Positions 1 to 13,706 of a stretch of DNA of 64,000 nt are shown one piece after another. The stretch lies in the NCBI GenBank assembly GCA_001179505.1, contig CDMY01000285.1, positions 71,076 to 135,075 of the forward strand. Direction: 5' to 3'. A program made the position numbers and the translations under genes. The number at the start of each line of letters is the position of its first letter. The stretch's first letter is position 1. The DNA comes from Vitrella brassicaformis CCMP3155. Its lineage: Eukaryota; Protista; Chromerida. The notes beneath the pieces are model-generated. The model saw only the letters and a program-made list of their open reading frames with translations. It was not told where the DNA came from and made no database searches.

Positions 1-1958
1 CCCACGCCACATGGTCCACACGACACGACCCCTGGGCGGGGCGGGGTGTGTTGTGTGCAGATGGGGATGTGCTGAGTGAGGCTGAGGAGCGCGGCGGCAA
101 AGACTCGTGGGCGTGCGTTGTCAACCGGCACTTCAAGGTAGGGTAACGACAGGCACTGCACTCACTTATGGCTAGCTCTCATGTCTCTCGCCTTTGTGCC
201 TGCAGGTGTCGCGTGACAGTGTGTCGTTCCACCACCCGCTGTCCCGCCTGACGGCCTACCTCCTCTACGCCACCGCATCGCAAACCGGCACCGCCATCTA
301 TGACATGATCGTACGCTCCCCCTCCCCTCTCCCTCATGCACCCCACCACACCCGCCCCCTCTCTCCCTCTCTCTACCGCTCTTCGAGCGAGCGATCTGGT
401 CCCGTGTGTGTGTGTGGTCTTATGCATGCAGGCCCACACGGGGTTCCGGTGTCTGTGCTGTGTGCGTGGTGAGGCGGAGAGGCCTGAGCACATGTTCGTG
501 TCGCCCTCGTCGGCTCTCCTGCTGGCGGTCGATGGAGCCATCCAAGCCCTGGTCTTCCACCACCAGGTCGGTCGGGGTGGGGTGGTGGCTCCACAGTGCC
601 GCTGAGGTGTCTTTCTGACGCCAACACGTGTGTCTGTGTCTGTGTGTCTGTCTGTGTGTGTGTCAGGTGGTGACGTGCGGCATGTGGCGCCGCAATGGGC
701 CTGATGTGTTCCAGGAGGCCACCATCTACACACGCACCGGCAGAAACGCCGCTTGGTACTACCAACCTGAGAGAGAGAGAGAGAGAGAGAGGCGTTATGG
801 TTGTGTGGGTCTCTTCTGCTGTCAGGCACTCTTACTTATATGACATGGACTTGCTGGCCCTCCGGCTCGCCACGCTGGGATGCCCAAAGGCGGAGACACT
901 CATCTGGTATTCCCCCCCCCCCCCCCNNNNNNNNNNNNNNNNNNNNNNNNNNNNNNNNNNNNNNNNNNNNNNNNNNNNNNNNNNNNNNNNNNNNNNNNNN
1001 NNNNNNNNNNNNNNNNNNNNNNNNNNNNNNNNNNNNNNNNNNNNNNNNNNNNNNNNNNNNNNNNNNNNNNNNNNNNNNNNNNNNNNNNNNNNNNNNNNNN
1101 NNNNNNNNNNNNNNNNNNNNNNNNNNNNNNNNNNNNNNNNNNNNNNNNNNNNNNNNNNNNNNNNNNNNNNNNNNNNNNNNNNNNNNNNNNNNNNNNNNNN
1201 NNNNNNNNNNNNNNNNNNNNNNNNNNCCCCCCCCCCCCCCACACACACACACACACGATACACACGCGGGAACTCCCACACGCTGCCTCTTCTGGTGTGC
1301 GTGTGTGATGTGTGCAGCACGTTGCTGTATCGCTTTGAGGTATTGCTGGGTCAGCAGGGCGACTACGACTTCAACCTCTACCGCAACGCCCAGGACAAGG
1401 CTCTCCGGCGGCACCACCTCGACCTGGACGTCTACCTCAGCCGCGTGCACGGGCTGCTGCTCACGCTGTGCCACCTGCTGACCTACTCGCACCCACAGCC
1501 TCTCGCCGGGCCCATCAATTTCCCTGCCAACGTCAGAGGTACACAGACCTGGGTGTGTGTGTGTGTGTGTGGGTGTGTGGGTGGACTGGTCGCGGCATTG
1601 GTGTGCCTAATATGTGTGTGTCTGTGTGTGTGTGTGTAGCGATGCTGTGTCACTTCTTGTTTCTGAAGCCCCAGCCACACAGCTCTGTGCTGGACTACCT
1701 TCCCAAGGAGGCACAACCACTGCTGGACGGCCTGCTCAAAGAGGTCAGTCAGTGGCCAGGGAGAAAGTGGGAGGGAGAGGGAGCTTCTGCGATGTCATTC
1801 CACCTGTCTCTCTCTCTCTCTCTCTCTCTCTGTGTTGTGCTGTGTGAAGGTGTCTGACTTCAAACCGTCAGTTGAGAGCCGCAGCCCGGGTCTGTTCCAC
1901 CCCAAGCCGCACATATGGGCCGAATGCGACACACTCTACCCCAACTACAGCTGGTCCG

Positions 1959-1989
<31 letters not shown>

Positions 1990-4900
1990 TTAGTCGCATC
2001 GATTTGTGTCATTTCTGTGTGCAGGAGTGAGATGCAGACCGTCGAGGAGAAGTTGGTAGAGCTGCTGGAAAAGAACAAGGTCAGCCCTCGACCCACAGCC
2101 ATCCATCCATCCATCAAATTGCCGATGTCTGTGTGTGTTGTGTGTGTCCGTCACCAGGGCGGGTCAGATGGTCTGTCGCTGGAGGCGTGTCTGCCCCCTC
2201 GGCGTGCCATGCCCACCCTGCTGCCGCCCTTCGAGGAGGCCTTCGGCGCGTGGGCCACCAGCAAGCCGCTGCAGGCCTTGGGGCTGATGCTGGGCTTCTC
2301 CCTGGTCTTTGACGTGGTGGAAGACGAGAGCAAGCGGCTCGACACTCGCTCGACGCAGCTCATACTGCACCTCATCCTCAGGCTGCTCATTCATGGTAGG
2401 GGGCGCATTGCATTCATCACCCAGCGGCGTGTGTATTTCTCTCTTGGTGTGTGAGGTCAGATGGCGAGTCTAAGGAGCTGGAGTCGCCCCCGTCGTCTGT
2501 GTCGCTGGACCACTGGTCCTTCCCCCACCTCGCGGGGCACCTGCCACACAAGTCCTTCCTCGCCAACATCGCCACGCCGTTCAAGCTGCCTATACACCCC
2601 ATCCACCAAAGGTGCGTCGCTTGGCGCCATCCATCTGTGACGTGCACGCGTGTGTGTTACGCGACACGGGCGACCGGCCGACCCACTAGGTTGTGTTGAT
2701 CTAATCTAGCTGTGTTGGCTGCGTTGTGTTGGTGGTTGTGCTTGCTCATGGCAGGCCCGGCCCCGAAGACAATGGCGACCCATTCCCCAGGTCACCACAC
2801 CACACCACACCACACAGACAGGCAGCCCCACCAGCTCTCGAACGTGTGTGTCTGTTGGTGTGCTGCCTGTCTGTCTGTCTGTCTGGTGGGGGCTGCCAGT
2901 TCTCTGAGCGGCGAGACGGTGGTGTTGCTCCGGAAGCTGCTCGAGTACGACGCCAATCAGCGCGGGCAGGGCGGGGGCGGCTATGTCACACAAGCCATAT
3001 TCCACAAGGCGGCCGAGAAGCCGGTAGGTGCACAAAACTAAACAGAGCACTGCTGGACCTTCCATCTATCCATCCATCCATCCCATCCGCACCGATCAGG
3101 TTGGTCGAGCGGTGTTGGATGCGTTTGCCGCGGAGCGCCGCGGTGCCTCGCCAGCCGCTGGGGAGGCGGCCGAGAGGGCTACTGGTGCAGCGGGCGCTAC
3201 TGCAGAAGGAGCACCGAGTCCAGGCGCCGAGGGCACCACCCCGGGGCTCCCCGACCGACAGGCCTGGAAAGAGGTGAAGACGCGCGTGCAGGTGTCAGTC
3301 AGCTGACATAAGCATCTTGTTGGGTGTGGTGTTTTTGTGGTCCAGTCTGTGCGGTCTCGCCAAGCGGCTGTGCTGGAGAGGTTCCGGACGCAGCAGCAGA
3401 AGTTCCAGGACACCGACCTCCACACAGACCTGCAGAATGAATCAGACCTCTCAAGGGTACCCAAGACGACACGACGGCCACCTGCCCACCCCCTCGGGTG
3501 TATCTCTCTCTCTCTGCTGTGCTCTGTGTCGGTGTGTCGGTGTGGCTGTCTGTGCAGCAGGAGGGCGACGAGGGTCAGCACGAGTGTGTGTTGTGTTTCC
3601 AAGTGGAGCCCAACCCCTACAACTCCTCCAACCCCCTCGGCACCGTCGCCCTCCTCCAGCCCATCGGCACCGGGCCATACCCCAGGTACCGATCCCGGAC
3701 GCCTCCACCGCCACAGTCGCTGCCCGGCGGCAAGACCACCGCCGGCAGCGCGCCATCTGGCCCTCCCCCTGCCGCCATTGCCGCGAGTGCGGGCGCCGCG
3801 GCCCGAGGACAGAGCGGGCGAAGGTGGGCGGATGGGCGGGCGGGAAGAAAACGCGTTGGTTCACTGTCTGCCTGTCCGTCTGTCTGTCTGTCTGTCTGTG
3901 TCTGTGGTGCCGTTGGTAGTGATTGGGACATGGAGTGGGCTGCGGCTGACGGCAAGGCTCGTGGGGTGGCGGGGGGCGGGGGATCCGCCAAAGGCACCGT
4001 GGCAGAGGACGTAAGCAAGCACATTTACTCATTGCCACTGGGAAGGGACGGGAGGGTCGGATGCTCTTGAGTGTGTGTGTTTGGTGGTGTGGTGTGCAGC
4101 TGTCGGACATGCTGGAGCTGCCGTGGCGTGTGGAGCCGCGAACCAACTACTACGGCGTCAAGCTGTGGAGCTGCGGCCACAAGATGCACCTGAGCTGCTA
4201 CCTCAGACACAAAGCCACCGCCGGCAGGGGCAGACCCACTCGCGAGACGCTCACACCAGAGGCCGTCTTCAACTGCCCCTACTGCGCCCGGCCCGTCAGC
4301 TGCCTGATGCCCCTCACACCCTCCGCCCTGCACACCCCTCTGGCGCCGCCTGAAGCCCCGTTTGGCGAGGCCATGTGTGACGGCGATGTGCCGATGGACC
4401 AGGCCACAGAGGAGGGCGACATCGGCTGGATGGATCTGTTTACCACACTGTGGAAGAGGCGGGCAGAGATTGATCGCTCTGGTGCGTGTGAGGCGCTGTT
4501 GGGTCTGGAGACTTTCACGTCGCTGATGCAACTGATGCCCGCCGCCCACCGACAGGCACTCCGGGCCGTGTACCACTCCTATAGAAGGGCCAGGTCACTC
4601 AAATGCGGTCAACCTGACTGACACCCTCTCATCCAGCCGATTCTCTCCCTCTCTCTCTCTCTCTCTTTCTCTGTGTGTGTGTGTATCAGTTACGTGTATT
4701 ACCCGAGTGTGTTGGCCGAGGCGGTGTTCCTGCGGAGCGAGGCCGACTATGACATGACCCGGGAGGCTCTCATGGATAAGGTCAAGGGCACCGGCAACGT
4801 CCTCTACAAACAAATGAGCGGCGCCAGTGGACTCCCGTCATCGCACAACAAACCACTCGCGGTACATCCGCAAAGACCCGTAGACAGACACGCTGACGGT

Positions 4901-7900
4901 TGCTCATTCACATGTGTGTGTGTGTGTGTGTGTGTCTCATGCAGGCGCATCCACTGGCGCTTCTCGCGAAGGTCTTCAGCGACAATATCGGTGCGTGGCT
5001 TTGGATGACACAGACTCTGATTGAGACGTGTGTGTGTGCGTGTCTTGATGTGGCTGCAGTTCAAGAGGAGATGGTGATGCGTCGCGAGAAGCTGACCCAG
5101 CCGCCCAGGGCCGACCTCATCCGGGAGCTGCTGGGGCTGTACAACACGGTGCGCAACGCGGCCCAGCAGCTCGATGTGGACACCAGCGATCGCATGAAGC
5201 AGCAGATGACCATCGACCACCACTACACCCTCTCCCTCGAGGCCGTCGTCCTCGGCGCCGTCGCCACACACTCCCTCTCCCAGTACCTCCAGGCCCACCC
5301 CTCCAACAGGCAGCCGGCACACCTCTTCCACTGCCTGCCGCTGCTTTCGTCGCCCTCTCTCCGGACCTACCTGCTCATTTCGCTCTTCCTCCAGCTGCAC
5401 CCCAGCGGCGACGCCTCACTCTTTCCCGCATATGTGCGGCTGTTCTTCGTCCTCGAGTGCATCGCCATTCTCTACACCTTCGCGGCGCCGGGTCAGGACA
5501 AGGGAGTGGAGGGCAAGGACGACACGGCGCCGCTGGCGTGTGTGCGTGAGGCGTTGGAGAGCGAGATTCGACGCGAGCGCGAGGCTGCTGCGCGGAGGCT
5601 GCACGTGATGGAGGTGAAGGAGCGGCCGAAGCCGCCCACCAACAAGAAGGTCAAGGTGGCGTCGGGCCGGGCACGGCAGACCGCCAGGAAGGCGCTGAAC
5701 CTGCCGCTGCATATGCCGTTCTCGGTGCCTGGGGGGCTGGGGATGGTCACCGGCATGACGATCGCCATGGAAACATCCACCAATGCGGCGCAAAGTAAGC
5801 AACACTCGACACATAGCAAGTATTGGACGGAGTCGACGACCTCATATTAATATGTGTGTGGCCCACACCCTGCCCTGTGTGCTGTGCAGCTCCTGCGTCC
5901 CAGGGTGCGGTCACAAGTGGCCCGGCCCCCCCGGCCCAGCCCCCTGCTGGCCCTGGGAACGTCCCGCCGGCGGCCCTCTCGCCCAGCGTCCATCTGGACA
6001 TCATGGGCACAGCCGGACCACCCCCAAGCACTGCTGCAGGCGCAACCACTCAGGTCAGCTTGTCTTGTCACCGAGAGAGAGGAGAGGGAGGGTGAGGGCT
6101 TGGATGCGTCTGTCTGTTTGCCGTCCGTCTTGTGGCATTGGTATGTGTGTGTGCAGGGTGCTGCGCCTGGTGGAGGTGGAGGTCCCCTGCTGCCCCCTCC
6201 CCTCCCCCCAGGATTCCTCTTCCCGCAGGGCCCCCCGCCGCCCTGGCTGCAGCAGAACATCAGCAACCTGATCCAGCAGCTGTCGCTGCAGAACCCCCAA
6301 AATATCTCCATCACCTGGGGCACCGGACCCCCACCCTTCATGCCCGGTGGCATCCCCGGCATGCCCGCAATGCCCGCACAACAGATACCGCTGGGACTGC
6401 CACCACCACCACCTGCAGCAGCAGCTGACGGCACGGCCTCGACACAGACACAGACAGGTTCTCCCGCCACGGGCGCACCTCCAGCTGCGGCGGGAGCCAT
6501 CATGGGTCCGCCCTTCACGGTGCCCTTGGGTCCGCCGGTTGGGGGCCCCCCATTCCCCCTCCCTGCTGGCCTCCCGCCAGCCGCATTCCCACCTCTCCCA
6601 AGCACCACTCCACAGACGGCGGGGGCCCAGACACAGGTGGCCAGCCAGCCGGGGACAACCGCGGCAGGCACCACTGCAGGTGGCACCGAAAGCGGGACGA
6701 GCGCGGCCACCACCACGGCTGGGGCGCAGACCGGACAGCCCGTCGGTGAGCAAGGGGCAGCAGGGAGGGAGGGAGAGAGGGAGGGAGGGAGGATGGGTTC
6801 AGTCCAGTCACACAGGTCAGGTGTGTGCCACTGCTCTGCACTGCACTGGTCGTGTGGTGTGTGTCCACCAGGTGAGGTGTGGTCGACAGGTTGGACGACG
6901 CTGGGTCCGCCGATGATGATGGACGACTACATGGATCCTGAGGCGGAGGCCGCCATCGAGGAGGGCGGGCTCGACTGGGACGGACTCAACTCCTCATGGG
7001 CTGGCAACTTCAACTCGCTCCAAAACGTCACACTCAATGCTCTAGAAGGTAGGTAAAAGAAGAGCGAAGCGACCAGCCCAAGGGGAGAGGAGAGGAGAGG
7101 TGCTGGCCATGGGGATGTGTGTGTGTGTATGTGTATGTGTGTGGTGGTGAATAGGTCTTCTGGAGGCGATGCCGCCCGAGGTGCTCGGCACCGCCGCCAC
7201 TCACACACAGAGCGCACCCACGTCGCCCACCAATGGTCAGCAAACTGACGGGACGGGAGGCACGAACGTGAGTGAAGCCTCCCTCACCGTGTTGATGTGC
7301 CTGCCCTGCTGTTCAGTGGCTCCCTCGACCGGTGCGGCGATGGCAGGTCCCAGCGCCCCCTCCAGCCCCATGTCCGGCCCCAGTGCGGGCACCACCACCA
7401 TCACGGGCAGCGCCACCGCCCCCGCCCCTGCCCAGGGGCTGCTCTCTCAGCTCCAGTCGCTCTTCCACCTCCCAGGGATGGGCGTCACCCCCCCTGCACC
7501 CCCCCCCACCGCACCGGTCACTGCTGGTATGTATGCTGACAACCAACTAGCACACAAGTGGGTCTGTCTGTATGTGTGTGTCTGGTGGTTGGTTGTCACG
7601 TCAGGCCCATCGGGTGGTGGTGAGGAAGCGTCGACCACCGATGGTGCCGGTGCCGGTGCCACCACCACGACGACCACCCTCAATGCCACGCCGCCCATGC
7701 CATACGGGCCGGGCTTCGTCCAGGTCATGTATGGCACCACAACTGTACCCGTATCAGGTCAGTCAGGTACACACACAGAACAGAAAGAGAGACCGACCGG
7801 ACCCATCGGGTTGGTTCCTTCCTTGTCTGTCTGCAGCAGCGGCAGGTTTGGTTGCGAGCGGTGGTGGGGGCGGAGGCGGCGGCGACGGCGACGGTGACGA

Positions 7901-10430
7901 TGGGGACGAGGACAACGACAACGACTGGGACGCCCTGCTCGACGAGGTGCCGACAGGCCCTCCCGTCCCGCCACAGTCGGACGAGCAGCAGGCACAGGAG
8001 GGCGGGGACGACACCGTGGCTGTGGCTGCAGAGGAGAGGGAGGAGGGGCAGCCTGAGGAGGAGAGGGAGGAAGAAAAGGACAAAGAGACCTACCACATCT
8101 ACATCGACACGGAGGTAAAGCAGAGTAGTGAGAATGAAGACGTCTCCGTGGCGGCCCACCCCCCACAGTGGCCGCCGCCGCCCCCACTCGCCAAGCCCCC
8201 CGGGCCTTTCAACGGCGCCATGAGGATCGAGGACCAGGGCGTCCTCTCGGCCATGCTCCACGGCAGGCGGGGCCTGCTGTGCGCCAACCTCCCTCTCCCC
8301 CCCACCATCGCAGCGCCGCCCCACGTCCCCTCGCCGGCCATTGGCGTCATACCGGCCGACGACCAGCAGCGGCTTGCAGGCATCCTGCAGCTGGGGCTGA
8401 TGCCTTTCTTGCGGCGGCTGGCGATTCTCTGCACCATCGCAAAAGTCTCCAGGGGAGGCGGGGAGGGGCAGCAGGGCGGAGGAGACCACCCTGACACGTA
8501 CGTGGCTGGCTGCACAGAGCGCAACAACGTGTGGAATCTCGGCTGTCGACTTTTATTGCGTGTGTTTCAGGGTTGATGTCTTCGACGAGGCGTATTTTCT
8601 GCTGGGCAAGCCAAGCGACGACGACCCCCTGCGATCCACCAAGGTAAATAAAGTACACACAGACGCGCCCCAGCGACAGCTGCAGTGACAGAAGATCCCT
8701 CGGCAAACGAAGCGACCAGACCAGCCCCTCACACCGCATCTCTCTCCTCTCCTTGCTCCCTCTCTCGACTCATCAATCAGGAGCAGAGTGGTCAGGTGGC
8801 CGACGAGGTGGCCCTGCTGCTGGAGAAGTTCGCCCCCATGTTCGGCCTGCCCACGTCGCTCGACGCATTCCTCGCGCGCATCGCACAGCCCGACGACGAC
8901 GCAGCCGCAGGCGCGTCGGGCGACGCCTCACCGGTGGGCAGCGAGGGGATGAGGAACGAGGACGACGAGAGTGCCGTGGTGGAGCCATCCGTCAAGCCCA
9001 AAACGGCGCTTGAAGCGGCGCACAAGCTCTTCAAATGGGTATATGGGAGAGGGAGGATGGATGGATGGATTGATCGCACGGTGTTGACTGTGTGTGTGTA
9101 GATGGTTCACCGTGTGGTTCGTCCCCTCGGTTCGTCGTGCGACATCCCCCTGACGGAGCTGCTGCCCTTCGTCCTGCCGCCGTCGGACGACCAGGGGCCA
9201 GAGGAGGCATTCGAGGCCTATATGCGGGCGTGCTCAGGCCAGCCGGAGCAGCCAGAGCCCGACTACAACGCACTCAAGGTCAGCCAGCCTGAGAGAGAGA
9301 GAGACAGCACCACACACAGATGGGCAGTCTCAATCCGTTTTCCTTTCTGATGTGTCAGAAACACTTTCGCAAGCACGGCCCGCCTCCGAATGTGAATCGT
9401 CCGTCGGCGGTGCGTGTGTGGGGGAGGGTGCACGTCGTCGGGGGCAGGCGACCGACACACGAGGGAGGCGTCATCAGGGAGCCGCTCGTCAGAGTCGCCA
9501 ACCAGCAGACATTCAAACAAATCGTGCAGGTGGGGGAATGACATACACAGACAGACGGGGCGGGCACACTGCATGCCTTATTGCTCTGTGTGTGGTGTGT
9601 GTGTGTGTGTGTGTGTGCGCCAGCACTCTGGGATGCCGTGGGTCGACATGGGCACGATCGAGCCCCCCGCCCCGTCTGATTCGAGTGCTCCCGGGCCGTC
9701 GTCGCCGCCGCGTGTGCGTCTGGTGGTGGGGACGCACCTGCCACATCTGGTGCCCTTGCCGCAGCTCTACCAGACCCTCTTCACAAAAAACATACAGAGA
9801 AAGTCAGTGGAGTGAGCACAGACAGGGGAGGGATGAGTCCAACACAAGAATGAATCAATGGATGGATGGCTGTATGGATCGTCGTGTGTGCAGGCTGACC
9901 ACCCCCACCGGCGAGCTGCACGTGTCGCGGCGCCCCGGTATCTGCCTCGGGTGCGGCACACGGCTGTGCTTCGACAAGTGCTGCGCCACCTCCATCGCCC
10001 GGCGAGACGACACGAAGCGGCCCCACTTCAGACACAAATCCATCATCAACGAAGTCAGTGAGATCTCCCCACACACAACACCACACAACCCTGAGAGCCA
10101 ATCCATACCCACTCCCACTGCATGTGTGTGTGTGTGTGTGTGTGGTTGGATGCGATGCAGCACTGCTCGTCGTGTGGCGTGAGCAACATGATGCTGCTGG
10201 AGCTGCTGGTCTCGGTGAGCTACAACCTGCACCCGCCGCGGATTGCCAACTGGGGCGCCCTGCACCTCGACCGGTACGGCGAGGAGGACCGCAACATGAC
10301 TCGCGGCAAACCTCTGTGGCTCAACTCGCGGCGGCTGACGCAGCTGGTGGGCGCCGTGACGCACCAGAACTTTCCCCTCAACGAGAAGGCCAACCCGCGG
10401 CTCGTCTGGGTGCACTCGCCGTTCGAATGA
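1..10430 (+). CDS. UBR1: UBR1/UBR2/PRT6-type N-recognin E3 ubiquitin ligase, multi-exon, 5' partial
   Basis: Spliced exons give GMWRRNGPDVFQEATIY (679-735), a split RING-H2 (ECVLC ~3582; SCGHKMHLSCY...FNCPYCARP 4168-4300) and the C-terminal UBR domain CLGCG..C..HCSSCG..WGALHLDRYGEEDRNMTRGKPLWLN. Stop TGA at 10428-10430. The start lies upstream of the window. Confidence 0.9.
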
Positions 10431-11032
10431 AGGCAATGCGGGGGACTGACTGACAAGACAACTACCGACGGCCGCCGCTCAGTGGGGAGAGTGGAGAGGG
10501 ATGAGGTGTGGATGAGGAGGGGAGGGGAGGGGAGGGGTGGGTGTGGCGAATTAGGGTGTGTGTACCATGCATCCGTCGGTCCATCAGGTCCTTCTTCATT
10601 CTTTCCCTCCCTTGTTGTACCATGGCACTCACTCACTCACTGACTCACTGCTATACCTGCCTCTCTCTCTCTTCGTTGGTGTGTCAGTCAAAGGACGGAC
10701 GGCGTATTTCAGCAATCATCCGTCTGTGTGTGTGTCTGCATGCGTGCGGGCGTGTGTGTGTGAGTGTGTGCGTGTCGTGTCGTGGGTGAGTATTTATTTA
10801 TGACAAGAGACCTTCGACGAGTGAGTGAATGTTTGTGTGCGACAGAGCGATCTGTCATCTCCTGGTTGATCTGTTCACTGGCCGAGGCTACATAGAAGCC
10901 CACTCAGCCAGACAGGGCGTATTCACCTTTCTCCTTCACACATACGCTTTACAGCCCGACAGAGAACTGGGACGGGCTGGGGTCAACAAACCCTTCGCGG
11001 CTGGATTAGCTCGCAGACCTTTGCCCTTCAGG

Positions 11033-11555
11033 ATGAACTTCGTTTCCGCTCCTCTTCTCATTATCGGTGTCCTGCGCAGTTGCAGTGCGCAGGGGCAGAT
11101 ATGGAAGGACGCCATCGCCCGTGCGCATGCACCCATCGCCAACCACTCGCTCACGCCGGTGATGAATCAAACAAAGCAAGCACACGCAGACGGATCCGCA
11201 TTGCATTGGCATGAGCACTCTCTCCCTTCTTGCCGTGTGCCTCGCCTTCACTGCAGGTCGGCCCGTCTTCACTCGGCGTCGCAGATGAGGTCAGGCGGCT
11301 GGAGTCGTCGGCTCACGTGCGGGCCGTCGCCAAAGTGACTGGGGAAAGGGCGAGCGAGGTCTTCACGGGCGACGGGTGGATTGCTGAGCTGCCAAAACAC
11401 GGCAGGAATGAGTCTGCAATGGCGAGCATCGATTTCATCTTCAAGAACATCAGGCCGACCAACAGAGTGTTTGTTGAGGTCGGCTTTCACGCTGAGAGCG
11501 GCAATCAATCCGACACAGATGAACTGCGAAGGTGAGAAAGAGAGAGTCTGAATGC

Positions 11556-11586
<31 letters not shown>

Positions 11587-12317
11587 GGCATGTGTGCTTG
11601 TGACAGGCAGAATTGGACTGGCGTGGTGCTGGATGCCGTCAGTCAGGGTGGCCAGAGCCGCAATGTCTCCTCCCCTGGGGTCATCAACCTGCACGACGAG
11701 TCTCGGCTGAATCACTCCCTCATTGACGTCCTCAAGAGTCACAGACTTCCGCACAAACCCGACTTTCTGTCCATCGACACGCGAGCCCTCGATTTGTTTC
11801 TCTTCCGAGCCCTCACAAACAGCTCTTACCCGAAGGCTCGTGTCGTCAAAGTGGCGTATAATCCGAATTTTCCTCTCGCCATTGCAGCCAGTGCTTCTCA
11901 AGACTACCAGTGGAGTAAGCAGACAGGTGCACTCACATCCATGAGGGAGACATCACTTTGTTGTGTCTCTGTTTGTGTGTGTGGTGGTCGGCAGGAGGTG
12001 ACAAGCTGTTCGGCGCGTCGCTCAAAGCCCTCTATGACTGCGGCAAGGCTTTTGACTACACGTTGATAGGCGCGATGCCCGGCAGAAGCCTATTCTTCCT
12101 CCACCAAAGCGTTATCGACGCCCGGCCGCCGTCATTAGAGTTATTCAAGGAGGCCACATGTCTCGACGTCGGGAACTCTACTGTGGACAACGACAACACA
12201 CTGGTCGATTATGGCGTGTATGAGAAGACTGGCAGCTATGATGAGGCCAGGAAGGCTGCTGAGAAGGTGCCCAGGTTGGTCTTGGAGACATGTGGCTTTC
12301 GGCTTGTGCCGTCGTGA
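11033..12317 (+). CDS. Signal-peptide-bearing FkbM/Methyltransf_21-like protein (4 exons)
   Basis: ATG 11033 MNFVSAPLLIIGVLRSCSAQ; motifs FVEVGF..., WTGVVLD, PDFLSIDTRALD, RVVKVAYNPNFP, GASLKAL...DYTLIG...LFF resemble the bacterial-type FkbM-like family; stop 12315-12317. Confidence 0.65.
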
Positions 12318-12500
12318 CATACTTACTCTTTCGACTTCTTTCGACTTGTTTGTCATGTCTATGAAAATCTCACGCACTCGTCCGCTCACACTGGTTGGTT
12401 TTTTGGTCTGTCTAGTCACATCCAATTTGTCGAGTGTCTGCTGCACTGCAGCTCTCCTAGGCAGCTATCTAGATGGCTGGCCGTGCTGGACTAGAAAAGT

Positions 12501-12557
12501 ACAGAAGTGGTGCATGTGCCACAGATCTGACAGAAGTGGTGCATGTGCCACAGATCT
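12501..12557. repeat. 29-bp tandem duplication
   Basis: acagaagtggtgcatgtgccacagatct occurs twice, at 12501 and 12530. Confidence 0.85.
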
Positions 12558-13706
12558 AGATGTGTCGATAGACAGACAGACAGGGGTCTCTCGCAGATTG
12601 GGAGAACGCAATGTCAGAGAGCTCGGCGGACGGACAGAGAGAGGACGGACGGAGAGAGAGAGAAAGACAGATCGAGGAAAGACAAGACAGGCAGGCAGGC
12701 GCACACAGCCCTCAAAACTCATAGGGATGATCACCGATCGGCATTGAGAGGGAGGGAGGCACGTGGCTAGGATACACACATGTACACGGACACTCTTACA
12801 CTTGCCAAGTTATGCACACAGAGGCTCCAGCTGCTCTCTTAACTGATGTACATATCTATCTCCATCTGTGCTCTCGCCCGTCTCTCTGACTGACATAGCC
12901 CGCGGAAGGAAACAAAGAAACAAAGAGAGAGAGATGCCCAAGCAAAGCAGCGCCCGCCCACAAAACCTGTCCCCTATGTCCCTGTCCCCTATGTCCCTGT
13001 CTCTATCTCTCCATCTCTATGTCTCTCTACCACTATGTACAGCACCCCCCCCCCCCCCCCNNNNNNNNNNNNNNNNNNNNNNNNNNNNNNNNNNNNNNNN
13101 NNNNNNNNNNNNNNNNNNNNNNNNNNNNNNNNNNNNNNNNNNNNNNNNNNNNNNNNNNNNNNNNNNNNNNNNNNNNNNNNNNNNNNNNNNNNNNNNNNNN
13201 NNNNNNNNNNNNNNNNNNNNNNNNNNNNNNNNNNNNNNNNNNNNNNNNNNNNNNNNNNNNNNNNNNNNNNNNNNNNNNNNNNNNNNNNNNNNNNNNNNNN
13301 NNNNNNNNNNNNNNNNNNNNNNNNNNNNNNNNNNNNNNNNNNNNNNNNNNNNNNNNNNNNCCCCACCCGGCAAGTACGTATCAATCAATGGATCGATCGG
13401 TCTAGTCACCCACCGGCATAAAGGTATCCGTGTGGACAGACAGATAGATGGACAGCCCCCTGTGTACACACCACACCACACCACACCACGCCACACCCTC
13501 TCTGCACCCCATTTCATGGCGACCGACGGCCGTCTGGTCCTTCCCCTCACTGACCCCTCACCCTCCGCCCCTGCAAGCAGCCATCCCAGGCACACTTCCA
13601 TGCCGGGGAGGCTTCTTTGCACAAACAGAAGGGAAGGGGACCGCAGAGGGGTACACCAGGCCCAGGTCACACATCACCAGCACCCCCCCTCTCTCCACCC
13701 CCCCTC

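Noticed and set aside
695-1639. Long ORFs spanning N-gaps (also near 13.0, 18.7, 21.5, 35.1, 56.0 and 58.4 kb)
   Set aside because: They are open only because N codons contain no stops.
5854-8576. 400-aa and 334-aa ORFs as separate genes
   Set aside because: They read through GT-repeat introns and are best explained as exons of the UBR1 gene.
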